The position numbers were made by a program, and so were the translations under genes. Below the pieces are notes generated by a model. The model did no database searches, had not been told where the DNA came from, and saw only the letters and a list, made by a program, of their open reading frames with translations. This document shows, piece by piece, positions 1-9,071 of a stretch of 64,000 nt of DNA. Location of the stretch: contig LBVN01000001.1 in NCBI GenBank assembly GCA_000993115.1, positions 19,924 to 83,923 of the forward strand, read 5' to 3'. The stretch comes from Candidatus Woesebacteria bacterium GW2011_GWB1_38_8b (GTDB taxonomy: Bacteria; Patescibacteriota; Microgenomatia; UBA8517). The stretch's first letter is position 1, and every line of letters begins with the position of its first letter.

Positions 1-60
1 TACTCTTGATCCGTTTTTTCGAAATCTTCTATTGGATGATATATTCTTAGTGAACTCCAA

Positions 61-372
61 TTAGCCATTCTTCTCCTCCTTCTGTTTTTCTTTATAAAAC
101 CACTCGTCTATTCCAACCCATTCGTTGTCTTTATTTTCTACAGCGCTACAAATTGCATCTAACATCGCATTGTCCCGACTGTTAATAATTTCATCACTCT
201 CGGTAAAGGCATATAAAACTCTGTGCATTTCAAGGTCTGTTAACCTTCTATCCCAGTTTGCTTCTGCTAATTCCTGGATCATCTCCTCAGTAATTACAAA
301 TACAATCGGGTCATCAGCATCTCCATTTTCTAAATGCCACCATTTGAACCACTTGTATTTAGATTTCTTCAT
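61..372 (-). CDS. Hypothetical protein (element cargo)
   Basis: 103 aa ORF, 10 nt downstream of ORF 383..664 on the same strand. No recognisable motif. Confidence 0.35.
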   Translation of the reverse strand: MKKSKYKWFKWWHLENGDADDPIVFVITEEMIQELAEANWDRRLTDLEMHRVLYAFTESDEIINSRDNAMLDAICSAVENKDNEWVGIDEWFYKEKQKEEKNG

Positions 373-382
373 AATTCACCTC

Positions 383-664
383 CTATACCCCTGAATGAAT
401 ACGAGTTTTGAGCTCGTTAATACTTTCAATTAGATCTCTTGCATCAACCTGCAATTCGTGATTCCAGTATCGGCTGAGTATTAATTCTGCCTGATTATCT
501 GAGTCTTGATTATCTGAGTCTTCAAACACAAATACGAAGTGTTGTCTGTCTTGTTTTTCCAAACGTACTAGAGGAAATCCTGCGGTTTTGAGGATTACGG
601 ATTGGTAAAAATCTGATAATTTAAATTCGTTGGATTCCATAGGATTTTTCATTTTTAATTCCAT
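383..664 (-). CDS. Hypothetical protein with a DSDNQDSDNQ tandem repeat (element cargo)
   Basis: 93 aa ORF. The DNA carries the 15-nt unit gattatctgagtctt about 2.7 times near 485..530. The start is uncertain; internal Mets are at 652 and 640. Confidence 0.35.
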   Translation of the reverse strand: MELKMKNPMESNEFKLSDFYQSVILKTAGFPLVRLEKQDRQHFVFVFEDSDNQDSDNQAELILSRYWNHELQVDARDLIESINELKTRIHSGV

Positions 665-800
665 CTAACGCAGCCTTTATTTTTCTTGAGGCTACAGACT
701 TATAGAGAACCTCCACTGCTTCATTTAACTTCTGGAAAAGCACATCATTTTGTGCTTGTGATAAATTCGTTTTTACCTGTAGCTTCTCACTGACTTTCAT
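621..800 (-). CDS. Possible small helical protein (59 aa, antitoxin-like size), below the ORF-track length cutoff
   Basis: ATG at 800..798. Translation reads MKVSEKLQVKTNLSQAQNDVLFQKLNEAVEVLYKSVASRKIKAALDGIKNEKSYGIQRI and stops at 623..621. It overlaps the start region of ORF 383..664. Confidence 0.2.
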   Translation of the reverse strand: MKVSEKLQVKTNLSQAQNDVLFQKLNEAVEVLYKSVASRKIKAALDGIKNEKSYGIQRI

Positions 801-878
801 GAGGCCAGTGTATTTGAGGAGGATAGAATAGGTGAACAGTATAGGGTATTTGTTTTACTTTGGAGAAAAAAGTAGCCC

Positions 879-1592
879 CTATCTTTTTGGGAGTGGTCGA
901 ACCGATAATCTTATTCTTTTTACACCCTGACTGCCTATGTTTATTATCGCAACTTTTGCGCCTGCAAACTCTTTCTGAAACCGTTTGTTCAAGACTACAA
1001 TCATTGCATCTATTCTTCTATTGTCAGGATCTTTTGATCCATATTGCTTGAGTTGCTTGACTAAAAAGCCTGATCCTATACCACTCTCTCCTGCCTCAAC
1101 AACTAATTTCGACAATAGAGCCCTTTGATTTATTTTTGCTCCCGCAGGAAGGCTTTTCTTCGAAAACACGCATTTACCATAAGGCGAGAGATATAATGTA
1201 TTTTCCTTTTCATTAAATTGAAAATCTTTATTCCAGATTTCATCTTCATATACATCATGTTTTCCTGAGAATCTCGATTCAAGAGTTTCATTAGTCCATT
1301 TTTCAGCAAGGTCATAATCAATTTTAACCAGGAAATATCCTTTGGGAGTGTGGTTAAACATGAATTGCTGAGGTTTAGGTGTATTTGAGATTATCTTTAA
1401 TATCCCAATCTTTTCGAGATAAAAAGGTGTTTCTAACTGATTATAGGCGTATTCAACTTCTCTGAGGTCGAAAGTTCGAGGCGCCATCGACTCCATTGCA
1501 ATGTCCCTCAAGTCACCTTTGTCCTTAGTTCTTATCACAACACTACATAAGCGCAGCGCGTCATCAATAATGTTTTTATCTACATTTTCCAT
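879..1592 (-). CDS. Hypothetical protein (element cargo)
   Basis: 237 aa ORF adjacent to the recombinase unit. No motif recognised. Confidence 0.45.
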   Translation of the reverse strand: MENVDKNIIDDALRLCSVVIRTKDKGDLRDIAMESMAPRTFDLREVEYAYNQLETPFYLEKIGILKIISNTPKPQQFMFNHTPKGYFLVKIDYDLAEKWTNETLESRFSGKHDVYEDEIWNKDFQFNEKENTLYLSPYGKCVFSKKSLPAGAKINQRALLSKLVVEAGESGIGSGFLVKQLKQYGSKDPDNRRIDAMIVVLNKRFQKEFAGAKVAIINIGSQGVKRIRLSVRPLPKR

Positions 1593-1635
1593 ATTGTATA
1601 TTCTATTTAATTATACTATATTAGTTTAAGTTAAT

Positions 1636-1857
1636 ATGACTAAGAAAACAATACCATTATTTTCTCCTTCTGATCCTACCACCTGGTCTCCACTTCTAAC
1701 TCTTTTGCAAGCTTCTCAAATATTAAACGTCAGTCCTTGGACGCTTCGCCAATGGGATAATAAGAAAAAACTTTTAGCAGTAAGAATAGGTACTCGGCAA
1801 GATCGCCGATACAAAAAAGCAGATCTATTAAAAATCCTTGATAAAGGTCTGAAATAA
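1636..1857 (+). CDS. Excisionase-family helix-turn-helix DNA-binding protein (Xis/AlpA-like, candidate recombination directionality factor)
   Basis: The motif LLTLLQASQILNVSPWTLRQWDNKKKLLAVRIG...RRY matches the excisionase/MerR-like HTH pattern. Its stop is 3 nt before the recombinase ATG. Confidence 0.6.
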   Translation: MTKKTIPLFSPSDPTTWSPLLTLLQASQILNVSPWTLRQWDNKKKLLAVRIGTRQDRRYKKADLLKILDKGLK

Positions 1858-1859
1858 AC

Positions 1860-3434
1860 ATGGAAAATAAATTTAAGATTCGAGCGGTTGTATACGCTCG
1901 AGTAAGTACAAAAGAGCAAGTTGAGGGTAAGATCTCGATCCCTTCGCAAATAACTGATTGTAAGAAAGTAATTGTAGAAAGAGGCTGGGAATTGGCCAAA
2001 GAGCCATATATCGATGAAGGAATAAGCGGTCATCTCCTGGAAGAACGCAAAGGGCTTCAAGACTTGCTCAGTGATGCTAGACAGCATCTTTTCGATCTGG
2101 TAATAGTCAAAGACTTCGACCGCTTTGCTAGAAACCGCGCTGCTGCAACAATCGTGCGCGAGGAGCTAAAAGAGCTTTTCATCCAAACTTACGCCCTAAA
2201 TACTCCAGTCGAGCCGAAGAATCCTAAGACATATGATCCCACAGACGATGACTTGGGGATTATGGTCGAGGGATACAGTGATACGATGTCTGAAATTGAG
2301 AGAAACAAGATTCGCAGACGAATGATGATGGGTAAAGTAGCCGTAGCCAAGGCAGGAAAAATCCCAAATAACGTACCTTATGGTTACAAAATAAAGCGCT
2401 CGATTGATGAGAAAGGAAAAGTGCATCGTAAAGTATTGGTAGATGAAGAAAAAGCCAAAATAGTCCGTCAAATATTTGATGACTATATAAGGGGTAAGGG
2501 AGCTCTCAATATCGCCTTTCAACTTACTGAGAAGGGCGTAAAACCACCTAGGGGTCAATATTGGCGAGCACAGGCTATCAAATACATGATCCAGAACCAA
2601 ACATACACAGGTAAGGTATTGTGGGGCTGGAGACACGCTGATTATAAGAAAAACCAACAGCGAAGGTTAAGAGGCCATCAAGGAATTATTGAAGACAGCA
2701 CTGAGCACAAAGCAATTATTCCTGAGGCTATTTTTGCGCTAGCTCAAAAGGAGAAAAAGATCAGAGGTAATTCCCAAAAAGGTCGAGGAAAACTCAGTCG
2801 AGGCCTACTTACGGGACTCGCAAAATGTATTCGCTGCGGATCTGGTGTAACTTATCTCACTCGTCACCATAATAGGAAGAAAAAGAATCTGAATTGGAAT
2901 GATACAACTACTTACGAATACCTGTGCGGTGGTTACAAATACAGTGGGATCTGCCAACGCAGGATAATGAGTGCCACTAAGCTTGAAGAGTTTGTCTTAA
3001 ACCAGATCAGAAACCTGGTTAATAATCCAACAGCCAGAGAAAGATTGATCTTCGATCGCAATATTGCCATATCAGATAACCTGGAAGATGACTACAAGTA
3101 CGCTGCAAAACAACTTGCTGACATCGAAAGAAGAAGGCAAAGGGTCAAGGAGGCTTATGAGGCGGGTATCGACTCGTTAGAGGTCTATGGAGGCAATTTA
3201 AAGCGCTTAGAGGAAGAAGAGAATAAGCACCATGTGGTAGCCGATGATTATCAATTTAAGCTTCAGAAGGTTAACGAGCGTCGCCAGGAACTAGAGAAAT
3301 TCACTAAATCTCTAGAAGACTTCAATACCTTATGGGATAATGCAGAGTTTGAAGAGAGAAAACATTTCCTGCGTATGATAATTAAAGAAATACGCGCGGG
3401 TAACGGAAATATTGAGATCGATTTTCGCTTCTAA
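1860..3434 (+). CDS. Large serine recombinase (integrase)
   Basis: N-terminal resolvase catalytic domain AVVYARVSTKEQ with the active-site Ser. A large recombinase domain follows, with a Cys-rich zinc ribbon (CIRCGSG...CGGYKYSGICQRR) and a C-terminal coiled coil. 524 aa. Confidence 0.9.
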   Translation: MENKFKIRAVVYARVSTKEQVEGKISIPSQITDCKKVIVERGWELAKEPYIDEGISGHLLEERKGLQDLLSDARQHLFDLVIVKDFDRFARNRAAATIVREELKELFIQTYALNTPVEPKNPKTYDPTDDDLGIMVEGYSDTMSEIERNKIRRRMMMGKVAVAKAGKIPNNVPYGYKIKRSIDEKGKVHRKVLVDEEKAKIVRQIFDDYIRGKGALNIAFQLTEKGVKPPRGQYWRAQAIKYMIQNQTYTGKVLWGWRHADYKKNQQRRLRGHQGIIEDSTEHKAIIPEAIFALAQKEKKIRGNSQKGRGKLSRGLLTGLAKCIRCGSGVTYLTRHHNRKKKNLNWNDTTTYEYLCGGYKYSGICQRRIMSATKLEEFVLNQIRNLVNNPTARERLIFDRNIAISDNLEDDYKYAAKQLADIERRRQRVKEAYEAGIDSLEVYGGNLKRLEEEENKHHVVADDYQFKLQKVNERRQELEKFTKSLEDFNTLWDNAEFEERKHFLRMIIKEIRAGNGNIEIDFRF

Positions 3435-6257
3435 TCAGCCTCTTTTCCCGTATCTTCTTTGCCATTCTTCCTGATTATTGGAATATAAGTTATAGGCTTC
3501 AATCTCCTGTGTTCCTTGCGGTTCCCTATTTATATGGCACTTCTTCCACTTCTTTCCGCTACCACACCAACATGGGTCGTTGCGGCCTAGTTTTTTGGTA
3601 GCCGGTTGTGAACTTTCACTAGTGTTTTGTGATGGAGTCGCGAAAGCTTTTTTGCCGGCGGCAGCCGTAATTTCTTCATCCGCGGATTCCATAAGACCGG
3701 TTTGATCAAGTTGATCCTCGTTTGTACGAAGTAAATTTGTCGGAATTTCTGGCCGCTGCGAAGCAACTCCAACTCTGAATAAGCTTCTCGCAAGCTGTGC
3801 CTCAATTTTTCCCATCAATCCCTCAAACATTTGGAATGCCTCATTTTTAAATTCCGCCAATGAATCTCGCTGTCCATAAACACGAAGCCTAACTCCCTCG
3901 CGTAATCCTTCAATCCCATCCAAATGCTCTACCCACTGGTGATCAATTGAGCTTATGTAGGCAAACTTTTCGACCTGTCTCATAACATTCTCCCCTACCT
4001 GCGATTCGCGTGATTTATGTACGCTAAGTACAATTTTTTCCAGAGTTTCTTTTATTTTTTCCAAATTATCCTGATTTTTTAGCTCCTTTAAAGCCTGTTC
4101 GCGTGAGGCATCATCAAACGGAACTATTTCTACCAAACCCATAACAATCTTTTCGTGATCAATTTTTCCCTCTATATTTTTTCCGAATTCGACAATTAAA
4201 TCAATCTCTTTATGAAGTATCTCCAAAACTTCATCTTTTACAACTTCTGCCTCCAACACTTTCTTACGTAGTTTATAAATAACTTCCCTTTGCTGATTTG
4301 CAACGTCGTCGTATTCAACAACATTTTTTCTGGAATCAAAATGAAATCCTTCAACTTTAATTTGCGCTTGTTCAATTGCTCGGCTTATAAGGCGGTTCTC
4401 AATTGGTTGATCTTCGGGAACTTTAAGACGGTTCATCAAAGCAATCATCTGCTCCCCTCCAAAGATTCTCATCAAATCGTCCTCCAACGATAAATAAAAT
4501 CTCGACTCACCCTGATCCCCTTGCCTTCCACCTCGTCCACGAAGCTGATTATCAATTCGTCTAGACTCATGACGCTCGGTTCCGATTATATAAAGTCCTC
4601 CCGCTTTTTTAACTTTTTCGTGGGCAATTTCCCATGCTGTATATTCTTTTGACTTTTTATAAGTTTCTTCTTTTGATCCTTCTGTCCTGTCAGGTTTTGC
4701 ACCTCCCAAAACAACGTCGACACCACGCCCTGCCATATTTGTTGCAACAGTTATTGCACCAGGTTTTCCAGCACCCGCGATAACAAGAGCCTCAGTTTCG
4801 TGGTTCTTTGCATTTAAAACATTGTGTGGAATTTTTTTGCGTTTCAACAAGTCAGACAAAACTTCATTTTTCTCAATCGAAGTAGTTCCAACCAGTACCG
4901 GCTGCCCTTTTTTATATTTATCCTCAATGTCACGGGTAATTGCGGCGTATTTTGCAGAAATAGATTTGTAGACAACATCGGCCATGTCATGCCTGACCAT
5001 CGGCATGTTTGTAGGAAGTACAACAACGTCAAGCTTATAGATTTTTTTAAACTCCTCGGCTTCGGTTGCTGCGGTTCCTGTCATACCGGACAGGTGTTCG
5101 TACATACGAAAATAATTTTGGAAGGAAATTGTTGCATAAGTTTTTGTTTCCTGCTGAATTTTTACACTCTCTTTTGCCTCAACTGCCTGGTGCATTCCGT
5201 CTCCCCAACGCCTTCCATACATAAGTCTTCCCGTAAATTCATCAACAATAATGACCTGGTCCTCTTTTACAATATAATCGCGGTCAGGTAAATAAAGCGT
5301 TCGGGCTCTGAGTGCGTTTTCGATATGGTGTATTGAATCAAAATCTTTTTCGTAAAGATTATCCACCCCGAGAATTTTTTCGACTCGGGTAATTCCGTGC
5401 TCCGTCAGAGTTGCGCTTCGCAATTTTTCGTCAATCGAATAGTCAGTATCGGGATTTAGTTTTTCAATGAGAGTGGCAAACTTATAATATTTATCGGTCG
5501 GTTCGGTGTCGGGAGCCGAAATAATAAGCGGAGTCCGTGCTTCATCAATTAAAACCGAATCAACTTCATCAACAATGGCAAAGTAGTGCCCGCGTTGTAC
5601 CATTTCGGGCAAGCTCTGGACCATATTGTCACGCAAATAATCAAAACCAAACTCATTATTTGTTCCATAAGTAATATCCGCCGCATAAACTTCACGCCTT
5701 TGCGCAGGTTTAAGGTGAGCAAGGCGTTCATCGCCATGGCTTGTATCGTTATAATCATGATCATAAATAAACGACTTCCCTTCCTGAACAATTGAACCAA
5801 TTGTGAGGCCCAAAAGGTGAAATATCGGAGCATTCCATCCGGCATCACGCCGCGCCAGATAATCATTTACAGTTACCAAATGAGAGCCTTTACCTGTCAA
5901 TGCACGAAGATAAAGAGCGGGAACTGCGGATAAAGTTTTTCCCTCACCTGTTTTTTGCTCAGCAACTTTGCCTTCAAAAAGTGCAACGGCTGCCATAAGC
6001 TGAACATCATAAAGCCGCAGTCCCAATGTTCTTATTCCTGCTTCGCGTACAAGTGCAAAAGCTTCGGGAAGAATATCTTCCAATTTTGTTCCATCAGAAA
6101 CTTTTTTCTTAAACTCTTCGGTTTTTTTCTTAAAATCATCTGCTTTGAGTTTTTTTATTTTTTCCTCAAGCGCATTTATTTGCTCGACGGTTTTTTGAAG
6201 CCTTTGAACCTCTTTCTGGTTTACATCCAGAATTTTCGTAAAAATATTTTTAAACAT
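3435..6257 (-). CDS. secA: Preprotein translocase ATPase SecA
   Basis: Full-length SecA (940 aa) with DEAD-like motor domains (KTGEGKTL, DEVDSVLIDEA) and the C-terminal zinc finger CWCGSGKKWKKCH. An unusual extra ~30 aa tail follows the zinc finger. Confidence 0.95.
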   Translation of the reverse strand: MFKNIFTKILDVNQKEVQRLQKTVEQINALEEKIKKLKADDFKKKTEEFKKKVSDGTKLEDILPEAFALVREAGIRTLGLRLYDVQLMAAVALFEGKVAEQKTGEGKTLSAVPALYLRALTGKGSHLVTVNDYLARRDAGWNAPIFHLLGLTIGSIVQEGKSFIYDHDYNDTSHGDERLAHLKPAQRREVYAADITYGTNNEFGFDYLRDNMVQSLPEMVQRGHYFAIVDEVDSVLIDEARTPLIISAPDTEPTDKYYKFATLIEKLNPDTDYSIDEKLRSATLTEHGITRVEKILGVDNLYEKDFDSIHHIENALRARTLYLPDRDYIVKEDQVIIVDEFTGRLMYGRRWGDGMHQAVEAKESVKIQQETKTYATISFQNYFRMYEHLSGMTGTAATEAEEFKKIYKLDVVVLPTNMPMVRHDMADVVYKSISAKYAAITRDIEDKYKKGQPVLVGTTSIEKNEVLSDLLKRKKIPHNVLNAKNHETEALVIAGAGKPGAITVATNMAGRGVDVVLGGAKPDRTEGSKEETYKKSKEYTAWEIAHEKVKKAGGLYIIGTERHESRRIDNQLRGRGGRQGDQGESRFYLSLEDDLMRIFGGEQMIALMNRLKVPEDQPIENRLISRAIEQAQIKVEGFHFDSRKNVVEYDDVANQQREVIYKLRKKVLEAEVVKDEVLEILHKEIDLIVEFGKNIEGKIDHEKIVMGLVEIVPFDDASREQALKELKNQDNLEKIKETLEKIVLSVHKSRESQVGENVMRQVEKFAYISSIDHQWVEHLDGIEGLREGVRLRVYGQRDSLAEFKNEAFQMFEGLMGKIEAQLARSLFRVGVASQRPEIPTNLLRTNEDQLDQTGLMESADEEITAAAGKKAFATPSQNTSESSQPATKKLGRNDPCWCGSGKKWKKCHINREPQGTQEIEAYNLYSNNQEEWQRRYGKRG

Positions 6258-6268
6258 ACAATCTAGTA

Positions 6269-6297
6269 TTATATCTCTTTAAATGTACTAGTTCAAA
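6269..6297 (-). promoter_or_regulatory. Sigma70-like promoter for secA (TTGAAC-17-TATAAT), with a very short leader
   Basis: Minus strand reads ttgaac tagtacatttaaagaga tataat actagattgt ATG. The -10 is about 10 nt from the secA ATG. Confidence 0.45.
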
Positions 6298-6445
6298 ACA
6301 AAAAGATAAAGCTCCCCACTACCTTACGGTTGGGGTATCTTCTCCCAGTGCTTCGTCGGGAGCGGAATCCCTCCGAAGCAAAATATCTTCGCATTCATCC
6401 GCGAGCTTACGCTCGAGGCATTTTGCGAAGTGGGATAAATAGTAT

Positions 6446-6997
6446 TTGACCGCAGCACTCGGAAATATTAAAATATCGCTGAATATGGCAGCAAAAATCA
6501 ATAAGTCAAAAACAACAAAATTAGTTTCCAAGAAGACCGAATCGGCTTCAAGCCCTTCCTATAAAAAACTTTTTAGGCCGAAAAAAGGCAGACTTTTGGG
6601 TGGCGTATGTTTGGGATTAGCGGAATTTCTTGATTTTGATCCGATGGTTGTCAGGCTTATTTTTGTCGTCGTTACCCTTCTCGGAGGATCAGGAGTATTA
6701 ATATATTTTATTCTTTGGTTAATAATTCCATCGGAAGACCATCCTGGTGAAATTACATCGGAAAATTTAAAAATCAGCACCGATGAAATGAAAGATAAGG
6801 CAAATGAGTTTAAAGAAAATGCAAAACTCTATTCCCAAAAAACTAATCCAAAAACCGCGGTTGGGGTAATTCTAATTATTCTCGGAGTATTTTTCTTAAT
6901 ACAAAATTTAGGACTTTTCCATTTTAATTTCATTTGGAGGTTCTGGCCGATAATTCTAATCGCTTTTGCAATTTATCTGATTGGCAAAAATGACTGA
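6446..6997 (+). CDS. PspC-domain membrane protein; the likely true start is the ATG at about 6485 (MAAKINK)
   Basis: Canonical PspC domain LLGGVCLGLAEFLDFDPMVVRLIFVVVTLLGGSGVLIYFILWLIIP. A TTGACC-17-TTAAAAT promoter lies at about 6440..6475 just upstream of the 6485 ATG. Confidence 0.7.
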   Translation: MTAALGNIKISLNMAAKINKSKTTKLVSKKTESASSPSYKKLFRPKKGRLLGGVCLGLAEFLDFDPMVVRLIFVVVTLLGGSGVLIYFILWLIIPSEDHPGEITSENLKISTDEMKDKANEFKENAKLYSQKTNPKTAVGVILIILGVFFLIQNLGLFHFNFIWRFWPIILIAFAIYLIGKND

Positions 6998-7412
6998 TTC
7001 GGAGAAAACTCAAACAAAACTTTTTCAGGCAAAAAATATAACCTGGCCGATAATTTTAATACTTTGCGGTATTTTACTTCTTTTTAACAATCTAGGAATT
7101 TTGTCATGGGATGTCTGGAACGTAATCTTTAGATTCTGGCCGGTTCTTTTAATATTAGCAGGAGTTGAATACATTCTGGGTAATTCACTTCTTGGAAGTC
7201 TGTTTTCATTTCTTATAACTATCGCTGTACTTCTTTTCATCTTTGCTTATTCAGTATCAATAATAAGCCGACCGTTTGATCAGTATTTACGAATGACTTT
7301 TCCTTTCTGGAGCAATCTCAAAAGAAACATTCCCGAGTCCCGCTTAAGAAATCTCCCATTCCGCTGTTATCCCTTTGAAGAAGATTGCCAAATGTATTAC
7401 AGGTGGAATTAA
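6981..7412 (+). CDS. Membrane protein with LiaF/PspC-associated W.FWP..LI TM repeats
   Basis: Repeated motifs WDVWNVIFRFWPVLLILAG and NITWPIILILCG; the same motif is at the C-terminus of the PspC-domain protein. Overlaps the upstream gene by 17 nt. Confidence 0.45.
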   Translation: MAKMTDSEKTQTKLFQAKNITWPIILILCGILLLFNNLGILSWDVWNVIFRFWPVLLILAGVEYILGNSLLGSLFSFLITIAVLLFIFAYSVSIISRPFDQYLRMTFPFWSNLKRNIPESRLRNLPFRCYPFEEDCQMYYRWN

Positions 7413-8083
7413 CTCCTACAAATCAGCATCAAATTTGCTTCCGGAAAAAACCAGTCAACTTTATAAAAATGTTTTTTGAGTTTTTCTCCAAATAGAGCGG
7501 CCTCTTTCCTTTTTTCGCCGTAATAAAGCCTGTTAAATACCGCAATTCCTTTTGGAGATAATGTCTTCTTCACTAGTTTTATAAATTGTTCTTTCTCGAA
7601 CTTATCGGGGTATTTATCTCCGAGATATAAATCAATACAAATAAGATCGAACTTGGATTTAGTCGCAAGAAATTTTTCCGCATCGCTGATTACGACTTTT
7701 ACTCCTAACTCACCTAATCCCAAATATTTTTTCCCCATCTCTACCATTTTGGGATCTATATCAACCCCTGTAATTTTCGCGACCGGCCAATATTTTCGGA
7801 TCACTTTTGCAACACTTCCACCGCCTAGTCCAAGGATTAAACAATTACTAATTTCCCCGCCTGCAACACTTCGTGTAGTATTACGGGCAGGTAATTTATA
7901 GTTCCTAATTTTCCTAAGTGTCTTTTTCCAGATTTCTTGGAGGATTCCCCCCGATTGGGTCAAATTGCCAACCGATAAATATGTTCCGAACGCCACACTT
8001 TTAATAACGGTAATTTCACCGTTTATTGGGGATTCGATTATTTCTTTCAAAAGCGTACCTGTGAGTAAATTTAGCTTTGACAT
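7409..8083 (-). CDS. Spermidine-synthase-like class I SAM-dependent methyltransferase
   Basis: ILGLGGGSVAKVI...VDIDPKMVE...DLICIDLY matches the spermine/spermidine synthase (PABS) fold pattern. Confidence 0.5.
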   Translation of the reverse strand: MSKLNLLTGTLLKEIIESPINGEITVIKSVAFGTYLSVGNLTQSGGILQEIWKKTLRKIRNYKLPARNTTRSVAGGEISNCLILGLGGGSVAKVIRKYWPVAKITGVDIDPKMVEMGKKYLGLGELGVKVVISDAEKFLATKSKFDLICIDLYLGDKYPDKFEKEQFIKLVKKTLSPKGIAVFNRLYYGEKRKEAALFGEKLKKHFYKVDWFFPEANLMLICRS

Positions 8084-8142
8084 ATTTTTGTATATATAAA
8101 CACAAATTATATCAATTTTCTTGTGAAGTTAGAGTGAATAAA

Positions 8143-9066
8143 TTACAAAGCAAGAAGTATTGCTATAAAGATCAAGAACCCTGCACCTATTGTAAAAATA
8201 ATAGTAGGGAAAGCAATTCCTGCATCAGCTAAAGTTCCACCGGTTGCTCCCGTTGAACCCGCACTTGCAATAGTTGTTGATGTTGGAGTTGGTGTATTTG
8301 TAGATGCCGTACCACCGGAACCGCTTGCGGTTGTTGGTGTTGGCGTATTAGTCGGTGTATTTGTTGGGGTGTTAGTCGGTAACCCACCCGACCCGCTTGC
8401 TGTTGTTGCAGTAGGTGTAGGTGTATTGGTGGGAGTTAGTGTTGCTGTCGCCTGTTGTTGGGTAGGAACAGGAGTGCCTGTAGCTGTTTCAGTTGGAATT
8501 GGAGTTGCAGTCGCGTTTGCTACCGGTAAAATCGTAAGATTTAACGGGACCGTATTTGCCAACACGTTTAGTCCAACGTCACCTGTGCTAACCGCCGCTA
8601 CCTTTGAACTTGGTTCGACTGCTATTGTCGCTACTCCTTCAGTAAGTGCAGTGAACGAAATTGTTCCGATACTACCTACTCCTGTTTGTGCTTGCCCGCC
8701 TGTCGGAAGATAAATAATGTAAGTTACCGTTCCTGCGGCGTTATCATAAGTTGAAGTTAGAACTTGAGCACCTGGAGGGAATGAACCAAGCGACAAATTA
8801 TTAATTTGTATAACATCTTTACTAAATGTTAGATACATTTCAGCACCAACTATTTCGTTCGATCCCGTATTTAAATCAATCGAAACATTAAATTGTTCCC
8901 CAACTCTAGGAGCCTGATTATCTGGTGTAAAATAAACCGTTGTTTCAGGTGCGGCTTTTTGTTCAAATACAGCCCTTCTCCCAACCAAAGTCACTCCGAG
9001 AAACACTCCCAAGCCCATAATTACGACTATAAAAATTGGGATAAATATTTTTGCTAATTTTTTCAT
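8143..9066 (-). CDS. Membrane-anchored cohesin-domain protein: N-terminal signal/anchor, cohesin-like beta-sandwich, Thr/Pro linker, C-terminal TM helix
   Basis: Cohesin-like pattern (VYFTPDNQAPRVGEQFNVSIDL...AEMYLTFSKDVIQI...GTISFTAL...). TP-rich linker with TNTPTNTPTNTPTPTTASGSGG repeats. C-terminus FPTIIFTIGAGFLIFIAILLAL. Confidence 0.6.
   Translation of the reverse strand: MKKLAKIFIPIFIVVIMGLGVFLGVTLVGRRAVFEQKAAPETTVYFTPDNQAPRVGEQFNVSIDLNTGSNEIVGAEMYLTFSKDVIQINNLSLGSFPPGAQVLTSTYDNAAGTVTYIIYLPTGGQAQTGVGSIGTISFTALTEGVATIAVEPSSKVAAVSTGDVGLNVLANTVPLNLTILPVANATATPIPTETATGTPVPTQQQATATLTPTNTPTPTATTASGSGGLPTNTPTNTPTNTPTPTTASGSGGTASTNTPTPTSTTIASAGSTGATGGTLADAGIAFPTIIFTIGAGFLIFIAILLAL
8270..8480. 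repeat. Low-complexity tandem repeat DNA encoding a Thr/Pro/Asn linker
   Basis: Periodic ggtgt(t/a)gg(t/a)gt units. The antisense ORF 8369..8713 is an artefact of this repeat. Confidence 0.7.
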
Positions 9067-9071
9067 TGTAA

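Larger units (their letters stand above)
1..3434. mobile_element. Right-hand end (partial) of an integrative element: hypothetical cargo genes, an Xis-like HTH gene and a large serine recombinase. The element probably continues upstream of the window.
   Basis: Recombinase and excisionase-family HTH genes form a 2-gene unit at the element edge. The recombinase stop at 3434 is immediately adjacent to the secA stop at 3435. SecA carries an atypical ~30 aa tail after its C-terminal zinc finger. Confidence 0.45.

Noticed and set aside
125-394. Multiple short plus-strand ORFs overlapping minus-strand genes (for example 125..394, 860..1051, 4290..4493, 4824..5291)
   Set aside because: They sit antisense to well-supported genes (secA, cargo genes) with low-complexity or hydrophobic composition typical of shadow ORFs.
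8369-8713. Antisense ORFs rich in Val/Gly (8369..8713, 9926..10123, 41378..41668) and periodic DNA that looks array-like
   Set aside because: They are the reverse complement of Thr/Pro linker repeats inside the real minus-strand scaffoldin genes. The periodicity is 6-12 nt and imperfect, with no spacer-repeat structure, so this is neither coding nor CRISPR.
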